Position numbers and translations under genes: made by a program
Source: the human T2T-CHM13v2.0 reference genome, Homo sapiens
Length of the DNA: 64,000 nt
Strand: one strand, 5' to 3'
NCBI RefSeq assembly: GCF_009914755.1
Contig: NC_060927.1
Shown here: one piece after another, positions 18,321-32,666 of the stretch
How the letters are laid out: the number at the start of each line of letters is the position of its first letter
How positions within the stretch are numbered: position 1 is the stretch's first letter
Notes under the pieces: model-generated
What the model was told of the DNA's origin: nothing
Databases searched by the model: none
Seen by the model: the letters and a program-made list of their open reading frames with translations, nothing else

Positions 18321-18415
18321 TTCAATACCCGTTTTCTCCACCAGAGGGCAGCAAGAGGCCGCACCAAGATTACTCTCTAAATGAGTCATTCTGGCTTCAG
18401 TGAGAAGCCACGTGG
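18321..18415 (+). promoter_or_regulatory. Putative CTCF site with upstream motif, plus adjacent AP-1 site and E-box
   Basis: CCACCAGAGGGCAGCA 18338-18353; TTCAATACC 8 nt upstream; ATGAGTCAT 18381-18389; CCACGTGG 18408-18415; locally retained CpGs in unique DNA. Confidence 0.6.
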
Positions 18416-19863
18416 AGGAACCTACTACGTTGCAGCCCTCCTCTGCAAACCAAGATCCGCAACCTCAGACAGAATGGAGACAAATCGCCTTATCCCTGGC
18501 AGAAGATTTTCAGATAATCGGAGAAACGTCTCACAGGCAAATGCACATGATTTCAAGGCTTGCCCTCTGAAGAAGGAGTCAGTGGTGGTTTTGGACAGGA
18601 ATGGCATCACTTAAATGTATTTTCAAGGAGCAGAGTCACCTGATGCTGAGAACGGCTAGACTAAAAAAAAAAAAAGAAAGAAAAAAAGTTGATAGGTACT
18701 CGAATGTGTTTTATCTGCGTTAAATACGAAATGCCCAAGAATGGGACTTGGAGAAAATGAAATCATTATTTCTACTCTTTGACAGCCTTGAGACAAAATT
18801 TCCAAGTCAAATTTATAAGGCCTCGGATTTGGTTGCTTGTTTTGCTTTCTTCTGTCTTGCCAGTTACCTCCTGAGAGTTGGGCAAAGATCAGTAAGATCC
18901 CTTTGCTGTGGCTGCCAGCAAGTCTGTGCCTGATTTGACGAGATTCTGAAAAGGTACCAGTGCCTCCTCCCTCCAAGGCCTCTCGTGGAACATAACACCC
19001 TAGAACTATGCCAAGAGACAGAGCCAAGCCACATTTCAGTGTCTGCTGCTGCACCAAGCTCTGAGCAGAGGCCATCTTTTCTGCTCAAGAAGTTGTTACT
19101 GAATTCTTTCAAGTGCTTGCTTTGGGGACAAAAATGATCAAGAAAGATAGTCTCTGTACAACCAACATTTCCAGGAAACCCATTATTTGTGCATTATCTG
19201 TATACTCACAAACACACATAAGCACATGCACACATGCCAAGACACAAAAAGTTTTCAGTTAAGAGAGTCATGTTCCTAAAAGCTTTATCTTTTACACCAG
19301 TATTTATTGCTGTCTATCTTCATAAGGTCTACTGTGGGAGATGCTGGCATAGAAAGAACTTTGCCTCAGGAATATACGAGAAAACATAATCAGGGCAGAA
19401 AGCAGAGGTATTCAAATAACAAGGTCCTAAAGTGTGTTGCAGCTGATACATGAACTCACATCTAACTCAGGTCAACTCTGGGATAAAAATGAGCATCGAA
19501 CAGTCTCCTCCCACAAGTATGTAGGCACCATGAGAACAGCAATGTTTAGTTTCTTGTTCCATCCTAAGTGCCCGGAACATTTCTGATGCTCAATTAATGT
19601 TTGCCAAATAACAAAAACACTTAGGGAATGTACCATATCAGAGACAAACATACCGTCTCTCAGTAAGTCCCTCCAGCATTAACACAGATTGTGATTTCTT
19701 TAGGTTGACACTAGCTGAAGTAGTTGGCTTGGATTTAGGGGCCATGTTGTATGCATCGTTAACAACAATCATATCTAAAGGAGCAAGAAGCTCACCCAGG
19801 AGAAGTGTGTGGGCACAGATACTGGTGGAATGAATGGAAGACTCCCATCTAACGCTCTCTCAG

Positions 19864-20024
19864 GAGGGTTGCTGGATTTAGCAAATAAAAATACAAGGTA
19901 TTCAGTTACATTTGAATTTCCGATAAATGAGTTTAGCATGGGACAAACTTATATTCAAAAATATTCATTATGTATCTGAAATTCAAAATGAACTTGGCCT
20001 CCTGTATTTTACCTGGCAAACCTA
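19864..20024. mobile_element. MER53 palindromic MITE (internally deleted)
   Basis: agggttgctggatttagcaaataaaaatac...tgtattttacctggcaaaccta inverted termini. Confidence 0.85.
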
Positions 20025-21137
20025 CCATGGGGCATACACTTTCTGAGTGGAAAGGTGGGAGGATGGTCTGACTTTTTCAATTGTAACCTCTCTTTCTCTC
20101 TGGGCACATAGGTTGTATCCTTTTAACTTTAATGTATGAATGCCATTGTAGTATGATAATCACAGTGGATTCCATTTAATCCCATTAAGTGTGCCATCAG
20201 AAATCCCAGTATTTTGAAAATGTTCCCTGAGCTTAACGATTTGAGAACCACTAGTGTACAAACTTTAGTAAGCAGCCTTCTTTAATCTGAAGGAAGGGTG
20301 TGCCCTATAATCTTCTTCCTCCCCTTCACATTGGGAAATTATTTCTGGGCGGATACCTTTGTTCAAAAGGTTGAAAATAGGCTTAGATGGCACTGTATTT
20401 CCTAAGTAACTTCCTGCCAATTATCAACCTCTTCATTATAAAGTGGGTCTAATACCCCACTCAGGGGGTGACGCAGGGGTTCCTAATGGAAGAGTATGGG
20501 AAAAAAGGACTCAATTAAGTGATGATAATATGAACTCAACTTTTCCAACACAAATAAGGCTTAGAAAAAGTGATCCCCAGACTTCTGTTCAAAACATCTT
20601 GTATTAGTCCTGGACCACAGCCAGTCTTTCCTGAGAACCCACACCTAGCTGTGACTCTAAACAAGTGATGAGTTCCTAGTCACAGTCTTAAAGAGACCAG
20701 GTCCGCCTGAGCAGCCCTGTGCTTTATGGGCCAACTCAGCCAGAAGCTTCAATGAATAACCATGATACCTTGAGTGGAGGCAGGAGGAGTGGCCGGAGGC
20801 AGAGGAATCCAGCTACTAACCAGGGAAAGGATTCAAATAGATGCTTTTCCATTAGAAAGTCTCTGTTCAAATGACCTCAAGGCTTAAAATTATAGAATTT
20901 TGTAAAGAAAATTCTCTTTTGTCACCTATAAGCATTATCACTTTTTATTGAATTATACTATAAACAAATATTGTTTAATTGAATGAGACTAATTAAATCA
21001 ATGAAAATACAATGTTTACCTTTTCTGGAAACCTTCAGTATATTATATGGCATTTAAGGCATTTTACAAATTAACACCAATCTATCTTTCCAATCTTATT
21101 TCCTTCTGCTTCTTTCTGGGACTACTACATTCTAGCC

Positions 21138-21393
21138 AGAGGTTTCTGCACCTTGGCACTGTTGACATTTTGAAGGGGAGAATTCTTTGTTGTAGGAACT
21201 ATCCTGTGCATTGTAGGATATTTAGTGGCATCTCTGGCCTCTATCCACTGGATACCAGTAGAACATACCCTCCCCGTGCAAGAGTGTGACAATTTAAAAA
21301 TGTCTGTAGGCATTGTCAAATGTACCCTGGGGGGCAAAATCACCCCCATGAAGAACCATTGGGGGGCAAAATCACCAGCACTGAGGACTACTG
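21138..21393 (+). mobile_element. MER20 (hAT-Charlie) with a duplicated terminus
   Basis: ggcactgttgacatttt...cctgtgcattgtaggatatttagtggcatc; tggggggcaaaatcacc occurs twice. Confidence 0.85.
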
Positions 21394-21784
21394 CTCTGTC
21401 CCACAAGACAACTTTCCCTGCTATGAACACATTTTCTCAAGCTCTACCCACACTCCCCCACCACACCACACACACCTTTCACTCCTGTTCCCTTGACCTA
21501 AAACACCCTGCTTTCCCCCTTTCCATTGACAAACTTGTATTTATTCTCCAAGGCCTAAATCAAATGCTATCCTACATAGCTTTCCTTACAATCTATGCCA
21601 ACTTTCCCTCCTCTAGGCTGCTGTGGGCATTGCACACATCTTTACTTGTACTAATAGTGTTGACCATATGATGTTGCAATTATTTATTCACCCTTCCCTC
21701 CTTCTCCCGAGAGGCTATTTCTCAAGAGCAAGGTCTGTGTAACTATACTACCCAGCATGGTTTTCTGTCCATGCATGTCTCTGT

Positions 21785-21837
21785 GAGAGAGAGAGAGACA
21801 GAGAGAGAGAGTGTGTGTGTGTGTGTGTGTGTGTGTG
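21785..21837. repeat. (GA)n(GT)n compound microsatellite
   Basis: Direct reading. Confidence 0.95.
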
Positions 21838-22639
21838 ATCTGACAAATAAATATATACAGCACTCTGCTTTGTTAAAGTGTAAGACAAAGTCCTAAGCTA
21901 TACCATTTACTATATTTCCTAAAGAAACATGTGGATTTTAGTTCTCATCATGTAGATTAATTGGTTAGACTAGATCTCACTAGACCTTATGTTCCCACAA
22001 ATCTGGATTACTATTTTTCCAAATATGCATGGTATTTTCCCATCTCTACATCACTGTGGAAATTGTTTTCTTCACCTGGAAAGTTCTGCTCTCCTTTCTC
22101 CCTGTCAAAATCCTCCTCAAACACCACCTCTACTTTTCACAGTCCTGGACACACACACACCATGCACACACACCACTCACACACACACACAAAACACACA
22201 TGCAACACACATGCTGTGGTTTCTTCTTTCTGAGAGAGCCCTTGCTTTTTTATCTTCTTTTCTAACTCTCCTAACTTTCTGTCTTATCCCCAATGGTCTC
22301 CTCTTAAAGTTAGATTGTACTCCTTGAAGGCAAAGACTTCTTCCTCTTTCTACTTCTGCAGCTCCTCATACAGTGACTTGCACATACTCATACTAAGTAT
22401 TGAGTAAGAATTTGTTACATTGAAGAGAAAAATCAGAGATTGTCTTGAAAACACTGAGTTAATATCCAGACAAAAGTGTGGGTAAATTCAGAAAGAGAAT
22501 GGATTTTGACAGCAGCAGAGTCAAACTTTAGAAAGATGAACTCATCTGGGCTGGGAAATAATGAAGATGCACCATCAGACACCCATGGTGGTTCAAGGGC
22601 AAGGTGAAACCATAATAACAAAGATGGCAAAGACCATTT

Positions 22640-23300
22640 TGGAGTAACAGAAATGGGATTGGGTGCCTAATTGGAAATGGGGCAAGGGGAAGAGAGGAGT
22701 GAGGAATGAATAATATCATTCCAATCCTGAGTGGGTGCTGGGGTCATCAAAATATAAAGGCTTGGGGGAGAAAGAAAGAAAGTCAGCATTTGAGAAGCCA
22801 GTGAGCTACCTCAAGGAAAATATCACAGAAATAATTGGAAATGTGAGAGTGAGGCTCAGAGAAGCCGAAGGACCTGGAGACAGGGTTTGGGAGCCAGTCA
22901 TCTAGCTGAGGCCAAGGATCATTAGGGGATGACTGAGGGGTAGGGTCTGTGAAAAGAGAAGGGAAGACGGACTGGTGGGGAAGGGAGTAGCTGAGGAACA
23001 GTGCTACAAAAGCCAGGAGGGAACGAGGTTTCAATAACGTGAACATTTCAAGAATTGAAAGGATGCAGAAGTTGGTGAGTATGAGGGCTGGAGATGTGCC
23101 AGTAGACTTGTGGATTGGATATCTGCTGACTTTTGGGAGATGAGACTCAGTGGGGAGCAGGGGCTAAAAGCTGTTAGATCAGGCTTGAAGGAGCGGTGAG
23201 AATGTAACAGCTGAGAGTGAAGAAACCAATTTCCTCAACAAGTATGTTAGTAAAAGGAAGGTGATAGGTACCCGAATATCTTGAGGGAATTGCAGAGTTT
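22640..23300 (-). mobile_element. L2 fragment
   Basis: Purine-rich L2 antisense motifs (gaggctcagagaag...ctggagacagggtttgggagcc). Confidence 0.5.
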
Positions 23301-24879
23301 AAAAAAGTTTTGTTTGTTTTCAGGTTGTGCAAGACTGAACCTTGCTTGTTGAAGGAGGGTAAGGAACTGGAAAGTAGATTTTGAAGCACTAAGAGAGAAA
23401 ACTGAATAAGCAAAGTCTTGCAGGTGTGCTGGGATTGGCCTCCCTGAGGAAGGGCTGCCTTTGGAAGGAATAAGGGTATCTACCCCTGAGAGAGAAGGAA
23501 AGAACAGGTTAGGAGTGAGGAATCACATAACTAAGGCAATGAAGAGAGTGAAAGGACCCACCTCTAGACATTTTCACTCTACTGGAGCAAGAGGGTAGAT
23601 GGTGAGCCAAGGCCATGGGGTTTGTGAAGCTGGAGTTCCACACACATGATAAATGTCTCAGGGAATTGACAAGATATTTAAAGGATTGAAAAGCAGCAGT
23701 GAGGTCCCAGGATTCCTTTCAGATGGAGGTATCTTTTTCTAGAAAATTCCTTTGCATCCTTCAACACTCAGCTCAAATGTTCCCTTCTCCGGCTCACCCA
23801 GGTGGAAACAAAACTCATGGGAGTCATCCTGTCTCCCTGCAACTCCACAACCGTTCTAAAAATATTTACCTTGTTGTATTTGACATTTTATGTTCTCTCA
23901 TTTGTCTCTCTCACTAGTTCTTGAGTTTCTAATTGGATAAAGATCATAATTTATCTCTAAATTCCCAGTGTCTGGGAACATGGCTAACACATATTAAGTG
24001 CTCAAAGGGTAAAGCGCAAGTGAATGAATGGAGAGATGAACACAAGAATGAATAATATTTTCCCCACTGGTGGAAGCTGACTTTTGCTTATAGCATCATT
24101 CATTAATGAGAGGAGGGAGAGTCCCAAGGAAGTCTGGTCCTCTTTTCTGGCTGCACAAGATGAGTGAAAAACTGCACATATGGCTACATGTGAAGTCAAA
24201 GCAAATGAGAACAATCATAGCCATGAAATGAATTTGAAATGCAAATAGGTTTCTCAAAACCCATATGCAGTTCTGAATAGCAGAAAAAAAGAGTGGGAGG
24301 ATGGGGAACTGAGAGAAGAAAGGGACCAAGCCCAAGAGATAATTTTCAGTTGGGAACGGAATGACTTCCTAAATCGTAGAGTGTGTGGTCCAGAAAGCAG
24401 AGAGCCACAGATGCAGTTACTGTAAAAAGCCCCTCGTGACTTTTTTTTGGAAAAAAGAAAGTCTGTTTTGAATCTGGCTATCTCTCTAGCATAGCTTTGC
24501 CTTAAAAAGCCATGGCTCCATGAAATGCTGTTTCAGGTGGAAATCAGTTTAATGTGAATATGTGATACTTTGCAATACTGGTGAGTCTATTTACTGAACC
24601 CCTACTGTGTATTCTGCGTGTCTGTCTTTATTTTTCACAACCTTCCTGCTAGATGGGTGTGATTATCCCTGTTTTACATATGAAGAAACTGAGACAAGGA
24701 ACAGATAGGGAAGGAACCTAGGATTGGACTGGTACACAAGGCCTAGATTAAAGACCAAGTCTTTCTAACTGGAAAACCCATATCTGTCCACTCTATTACA
24801 CGATACTCCATCAAGTGTAATTAGAAACAGGCGCCATGGGGATGCATAGAATCAAGGACAGCTTTATGGGCACACTACC

Positions 24880-25010
24880 TGTGAAGGCATATGGACCCCA
24901 TGTGTAGGAGGGTCTGGTGCTTGGTTTAATGTTCTGCTGCTACCGTCTTGAAATTCTCATTTTGCACAGGCATTTTCATCTTGCACTGGGCCCCACAAAC
25001 GATGGAGACA
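24880..25010. mobile_element. MER91-like DNA transposon, flanked by MIR fragments
   Basis: tgcttggtttaatgttctgctgctaccgtcttgaaattc...cattttcatcttgcactgggccccaca. Confidence 0.6.
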
Positions 25011-25746
25011 GTACTGCATAGAATCAGAATGTTGGAGCTGGAAGGACTTTGAGAGGTCATCCGTTCCACCCCCACCCATCTTGCAGATGAAGAAACTGAA
25101 GCTAGGACAGTAGCACTGGCCATCTTCAGTCACAAGCTCATTCACGTCAGAGCAACAGTATAACCCAGGCCCCACAGAGTGTTTCCCCTTTGCTGCAGGA
25201 GCTTATCTCCAGCCAAAATATCACTTGTGGCTGAGCTGGGTCAAGTCATTTCACTCCTGGGCAAATGGCCCTGGACTTTTCATGAAACCAAAGGCACATA
25301 AACCTGAATGTGATTCCAGCAAAACCGCAATGTCTACTCTGTGGTAAAGGAAACCTTTAGCTGGGTGTCTCACCAAACACCTCTCTCTCCTGCCCAAACC
25401 TCACCAACATGCATTTCCTATGCTGGGTGTGCCAGCTCAGCCAGGATAAGGGGGTGGTCATTGCCAGGGCAGTGAGAGAGAGGTCAGGCTTAAGGCCAGG
25501 GCTCAGCTCCCACCAAACCTGGCCCACAGAGGGACGAGCATTTGGCCCAAGGCATAGATATTCCACATCTACTAAATCGATACCACATTAATCCCCTTCA
25601 GAAGGGCCTCTTAGAGCTATCCTCAGGTCATTAAGACAAATAACCAAGCATTTGTAAGAGTTTGTACTCATCTCTTCCATGCCCACATATTTGGACGCTC
25701 CAAAAGAGGACGTAATACTCTGTCAGCCTACAAAACATGGATTTGC

Positions 25747-26092
<346 letters not shown>

Positions 26093-26225
26093 TTAGTGGA
26101 GAGCCAGGGCTGAGATGCATTGGGTTGTTTTGAAACCACATGTGTCTGCCCCAGCCCAAAGGACAGAAGTGTGGCACATACAGATGACCAAGGAAACTTG
26201 ACTGTGTCTTAAAAGAGCCTCTTTT

Positions 26226-26528
26226 GGCCAGACGTGGTGGCTCATGCCTGTAATCCCAGCACTTTGGGAGGCTGAGGCAGGCAGATCATGAGGTCAGAAG
26301 TTCAAGACCAGCCTGGCCAATATGGTGAAACTCCGTCTGTACTAAAAATACAAAAATTAGCAAGGCATGGTGGTGCACACCTGTAGTCCCAGCTAATCAG
26401 GAGGCTGAGGCAGAAGAATCACTTGAACCCGGGAGGCAGAGGTTGCAGTGAGCCAAGATCATGCCACTACACTCCAGCCTGGGCAACAGAGTGAGACTCC
26501 ATCTAAAAAAAAAAAAAAAAAAAAAAAA
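26226..26528 (+). mobile_element. AluS (Sg-like)
   Basis: Full dimer with long A tail; flanks agcctct. Confidence 0.94.
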
Positions 26529-26859
26529 GCCTCTCTTGGTTTCCTGGAATTGTGGTAAGGTTTTGCCTGTAGGAACAGTAAGAACAATTTTCGTTTTCAG
26601 GTTAGTGAGATAGGACGGACACGCATAAGCCCCACCTAACATGGAAGCAAGATGAGAGCAGGGAATTTGACTTCTTTTGTTCACTGATGCATCTCGGGTA
26701 CCTGAAAAAGGCCTAGCAGATAGCAGGTGCTCAATAATTACTTGATATGCGAATGAATGCTACTGTGATCTTGAAGGATCCTTAAGCCATCCATATAAAA
26801 ATGAATAGTATAGGGTCATAGATTTTTTTCATTTATCAATAATATGACAACCAAGGAGG

Positions 26860-27435
26860 GGTACTCGGAAACTCTGAGGAGGTAGAATGGGTCCACAGTG
26901 TCTTGTGTGTGCTTAATCCAAATGACAACAAGCAAGGGGGGGAATATTAGAAGTTACTATTTCATTTATTGGATTATTCCCCCATGGCTCTATGGATTTT
27001 GACTCATTCTAGAAACTCTACCAGACAATGGGGGTGAGTATTGCCCAGCCTTCACCTCCCTTCCCTTCTTGGGATATTTTTTCTCTATTCTACACAGTCT
27101 TGATGGGACTGGAAATTGAAATGCTAATACAGCCAGGAGGTGGGCCTAGGAGTCAAGAGCAACCAATTATACCCTTTTCTCAGGTCTTTCCATTTTAAGT
27201 AGACCAAAGCAAGGATGCAAAAGAAAAATGAATGGAGGATTTTTTTCCAGCAGCGATGACCAGTGTGGCTTCTGCCACCTGGATGTCCTGAGCCTCTGTG
27301 GCTCCTGCCCTGATTTCTGTGGCTTCTTGTCCTTTATGTGAGCTCTCCAGTATACCACCAATACATTCCTCTGTTATTTAAGTTAGCCAGGGTTTGCTTC
27401 CATTGCTTGGAGCAATAGAACCCTAGTTGACTTAT
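26860..27435 (+). mobile_element. Ancient ERVL/MaLR-class LTR
   Basis: 3' end aatacattcctctgttatttaagttagccagggtttgcttccattgcttg is typical of these LTRs. Confidence 0.45.
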
Positions 27436-27933
27436 CTGATTTCATAACTGACTGCTAGTTAGCATCAGAAGCTTTGCAAACAAATAGCCCCAATGGGTAT
27501 CCCAGTTAGGAACAGCCTGGAGTGCCCAGGACCTCTCCAATCTCCACCCCTGATTCTAGCCTCCGATGAGTCAACTACCATACCCGTCTGGTTTTAGGGG
27601 GACACAGGCAAATCAGTTGGGGACATCAATGCCCCAAGTTTCCATTTGTCTTAACCTCACCTCCCACCATGGAATCACCATCTTCAGAACAGTCCAAGGG
27701 CTGCATGACCTGTGGGCTCTGCTCTGGTCTGGGCCTTGAAGGCAGTGATCATGTCTCAGAAATCTTCATTCCCTGTGCTTGGTCCTAAGTAGGCAGTTAG
27801 AGTTCAAGCTGAGAAGTATGCCGATGGCTTAGAGCTGTGGCCCTCAACCCTAGTCATACCTTTAAATCACCTCGAATTTTTTTTAAAATGCAGATACTCA
27901 GATCAAAAATTCATCTGAGTTGTTCTGGAGTAG

Positions 27934-29780
<1,847 letters not shown>

Positions 29781-30216
29781 TTTGCTGAATATAACCAGTC
29801 CCCAGCCTTCCAACTGCCTCTCTCACTTGCCACCTCTGCATCTTCCCCCACTGTCTTCCTCAGCAATCAGACTGCCTCTTGCCAAGTCATCACCACAGCA
29901 CCCCCTCCTCCCTCACTGTCCTGATCCCTTAGATGAAGATGAGAAGAGAAAAGAAAGCATTAGTATTTTTACTACATACTTAGAATCCAAGTGATTCTAA
30001 GTATGTAGGCAGACTTATGTACATCACTTGGACCATGTAAGTAATAGGCATACAATACTTACATCTAAGCCTGAGTCCCAAATTATCAAACACACCATAT
30101 GACATTTTCCTGGAAGCATTCCTTTTTTGGTAAGGATTCAGTGTTTCACGATTATGAGTGGAGTTGGCAGGTCCCTGGAAGTGGTAGGGAGTCATAAGAC
30201 TTCAGAAACAAGATGG

Positions 30217-30588
30217 TGTCTTAGTCAGTTCAGGCTGCTGCAACACATTACCGAAGAGTGGGTGACTCAAACAATACACATTTATTTCTCATAGGACTAG
30301 AAGCTGGGAAGTCCAAGATCAAGGTGCCAGCAGGTCCAGTGTCTGGGGAGGGCCTGCTTCCTGGCTTGCAGATGAACATCTTCTCATGACATCCTCACAT
30401 GACAGAGAACAGAAAGAGACAGCAAGCTCTTGGGTCTCTTTCTATAAGGGCACTAATCTTATTGATAAAGGCTCCACACTCATGACCTAATTACCTCCCA
30501 AAGGCCCAACCTTCTCATACCATCACATTGGGGATTAAGATTTCAACATATGAATGTGGGGAAGGACACAAACATTCAGTCCATAACC
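30217..30588 (-). mobile_element. MLT1A-type MaLR LTR
   Basis: tgtcttagtcagttcaggctgct...aagtccaagatcaaggtgccagcag...aacattcagtccataac. Confidence 0.85.
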
Positions 30589-31998
30589 GTTGGTAGAATA
30601 GCAGAAGTAGGGCATGCCATGGGAAAGTACATGATTTTGCTTCAGGCTGTCCCTGCCTGTGCCCTCTCAAAATTATCTCATGCACCCTGTCTGGAATGTG
30701 CATGTGAGTCACTGCTCCCTAATCTAACTTGCAGTCAACCTGTTTTGACTCCTGAACTCTATGAAGAACGTGCCTGCTTTGAATTTTTTGAAAGCTTCAC
30801 TCCATTTCTAGAGGTCTTCTTGTATTTTTCCACTTTGAAGAAAGAATTGCACTCCTGGTAAGGAGTATAACCAGTGGACACACAGTTTTGTCTTGAGCTC
30901 GTCTCTACCAGTACCTCAGCCTTGACCTCTCATGTCTGCTTTTGGCTGCCTGAGCCTTGGACCCCCAGTCAACAACCTCACTGCCTTCTTTATCTAGTCT
31001 TTGCAATATGGCCTGGTAGGAATCACAAATCCAGCACTAAACTCCACAGGCCAGAACTGCCAAAGTCGAGCAGTATTAACCCGCCTGAGCCAAAGATACT
31101 GCATTTTCTTCAGCTCCACACTAATGAAGAAATTTGTCAAATATTTATTCTGGAAGATAAATTAAAATCAAGTTAATAGGAAAGGAGAATGAATGATTGA
31201 ATTCTGTTATTGCCTTTCTTGGCTCCTTATGTTACTGGAAAAAGCCATAAAACCTTATTTGTGCTGTTCATTTTCATATTTTCATGTTTACATTATAGCA
31301 GAAAGAAAAGTCAAGGCTGGCTCCAGATGAAACATCTCTGTCTGGAAAAGGAACACTTCGTCCCAAAGCCACAATTGGCACAGCCCTGCAAAGTGAACCT
31401 ACACAACAAACTCAGGGCAAAAGTCAAATAAGAGAAGAGCTAAAAGGAGACAGAGCCCAACAGATGGAGGCTCTTTAACTTATTAAAGTGAAAAAGGTCC
31501 ACAAAAGATATAGTCAATATCTGGTTTGCCAGTAATAGCAGGTTGGTCTCCAAAATCTTCCTCTGACATGATAATCAGTTCCCAGATACCATCATGCATG
31601 GCATTTCAAGAAGGAACCCCTGAGCAAATCATGGACTGACATGGATCACAAAAAAAAAAAAAAAAAATACTCATGTGAAGTGGTTGGAGTTCACACTGCT
31701 TAAAGTTTAGCACTGGGAGCACTTACTCTCTTGTAAGATAGAAACAGGGAAGCATGGAGGTTACTATGTTTTCATGGGTATGTGTTTCTGCATTAAAAAT
31801 AAAAGTATCAGAATAAGAAAGGAACAGAAATTTAAAAAACCAGACCAACTTGTAACCTGAAAATAATACCACAATAAATAGAATAAATTAGAGCCTGGAG
31901 CTAAGACTAGGCTGGGAAATTATCATAATCACATTCCATAAGAAAAATTATGACGGTCAGGAAGATCGTTCTAGTCAAGACATAAAGAAATTCAGTCA

Positions 31999-32300
<302 letters not shown>

Positions 32301-32416
32301 AAGAAATTCAGTCAATCTGGGCTTCACTTGTGTTCTTACTATGTGCAGGGCATTGTGTTGACACCACAGACTGATAGAAGAACTAGAAGGTCTGGTTCCT
32401 TCTAGTTTTATGCCAG

Positions 32417-32611
32417 GTCTGTGGTGTGCTGTAATTGGCTAAGACTCACTTGTGGGAACATATTGTCAAATATTCAGGAAATTCTTGAGCAGATTGCTAA
32501 ACCATTGTTAGCTTGAAATTAGCCACGAAAGAATATTTACACCATGATCATGGACAAATGCTGCACATCAGGACTTTGTTTTCAGGGAGCCAGCTTAGCA
32601 ACACACCACTG
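32417..32611. mobile_element. MER63-like hAT MITE
   Basis: gtggtgtgctg ... caacacaccactg inverted termini; agaatatttacacc core. Confidence 0.7.
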
Positions 32612-32666
32612 CCGTAAACATACATAGACCGTGCCTAAGGCTGCAGATGATAGACTTAGAAAGACT

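Noticed and set aside
18381-19112. 77-aa to 139-aa ORFs in the unique island
   Set aside because: No recognisable domain or exon structure; better explained as regulatory DNA.
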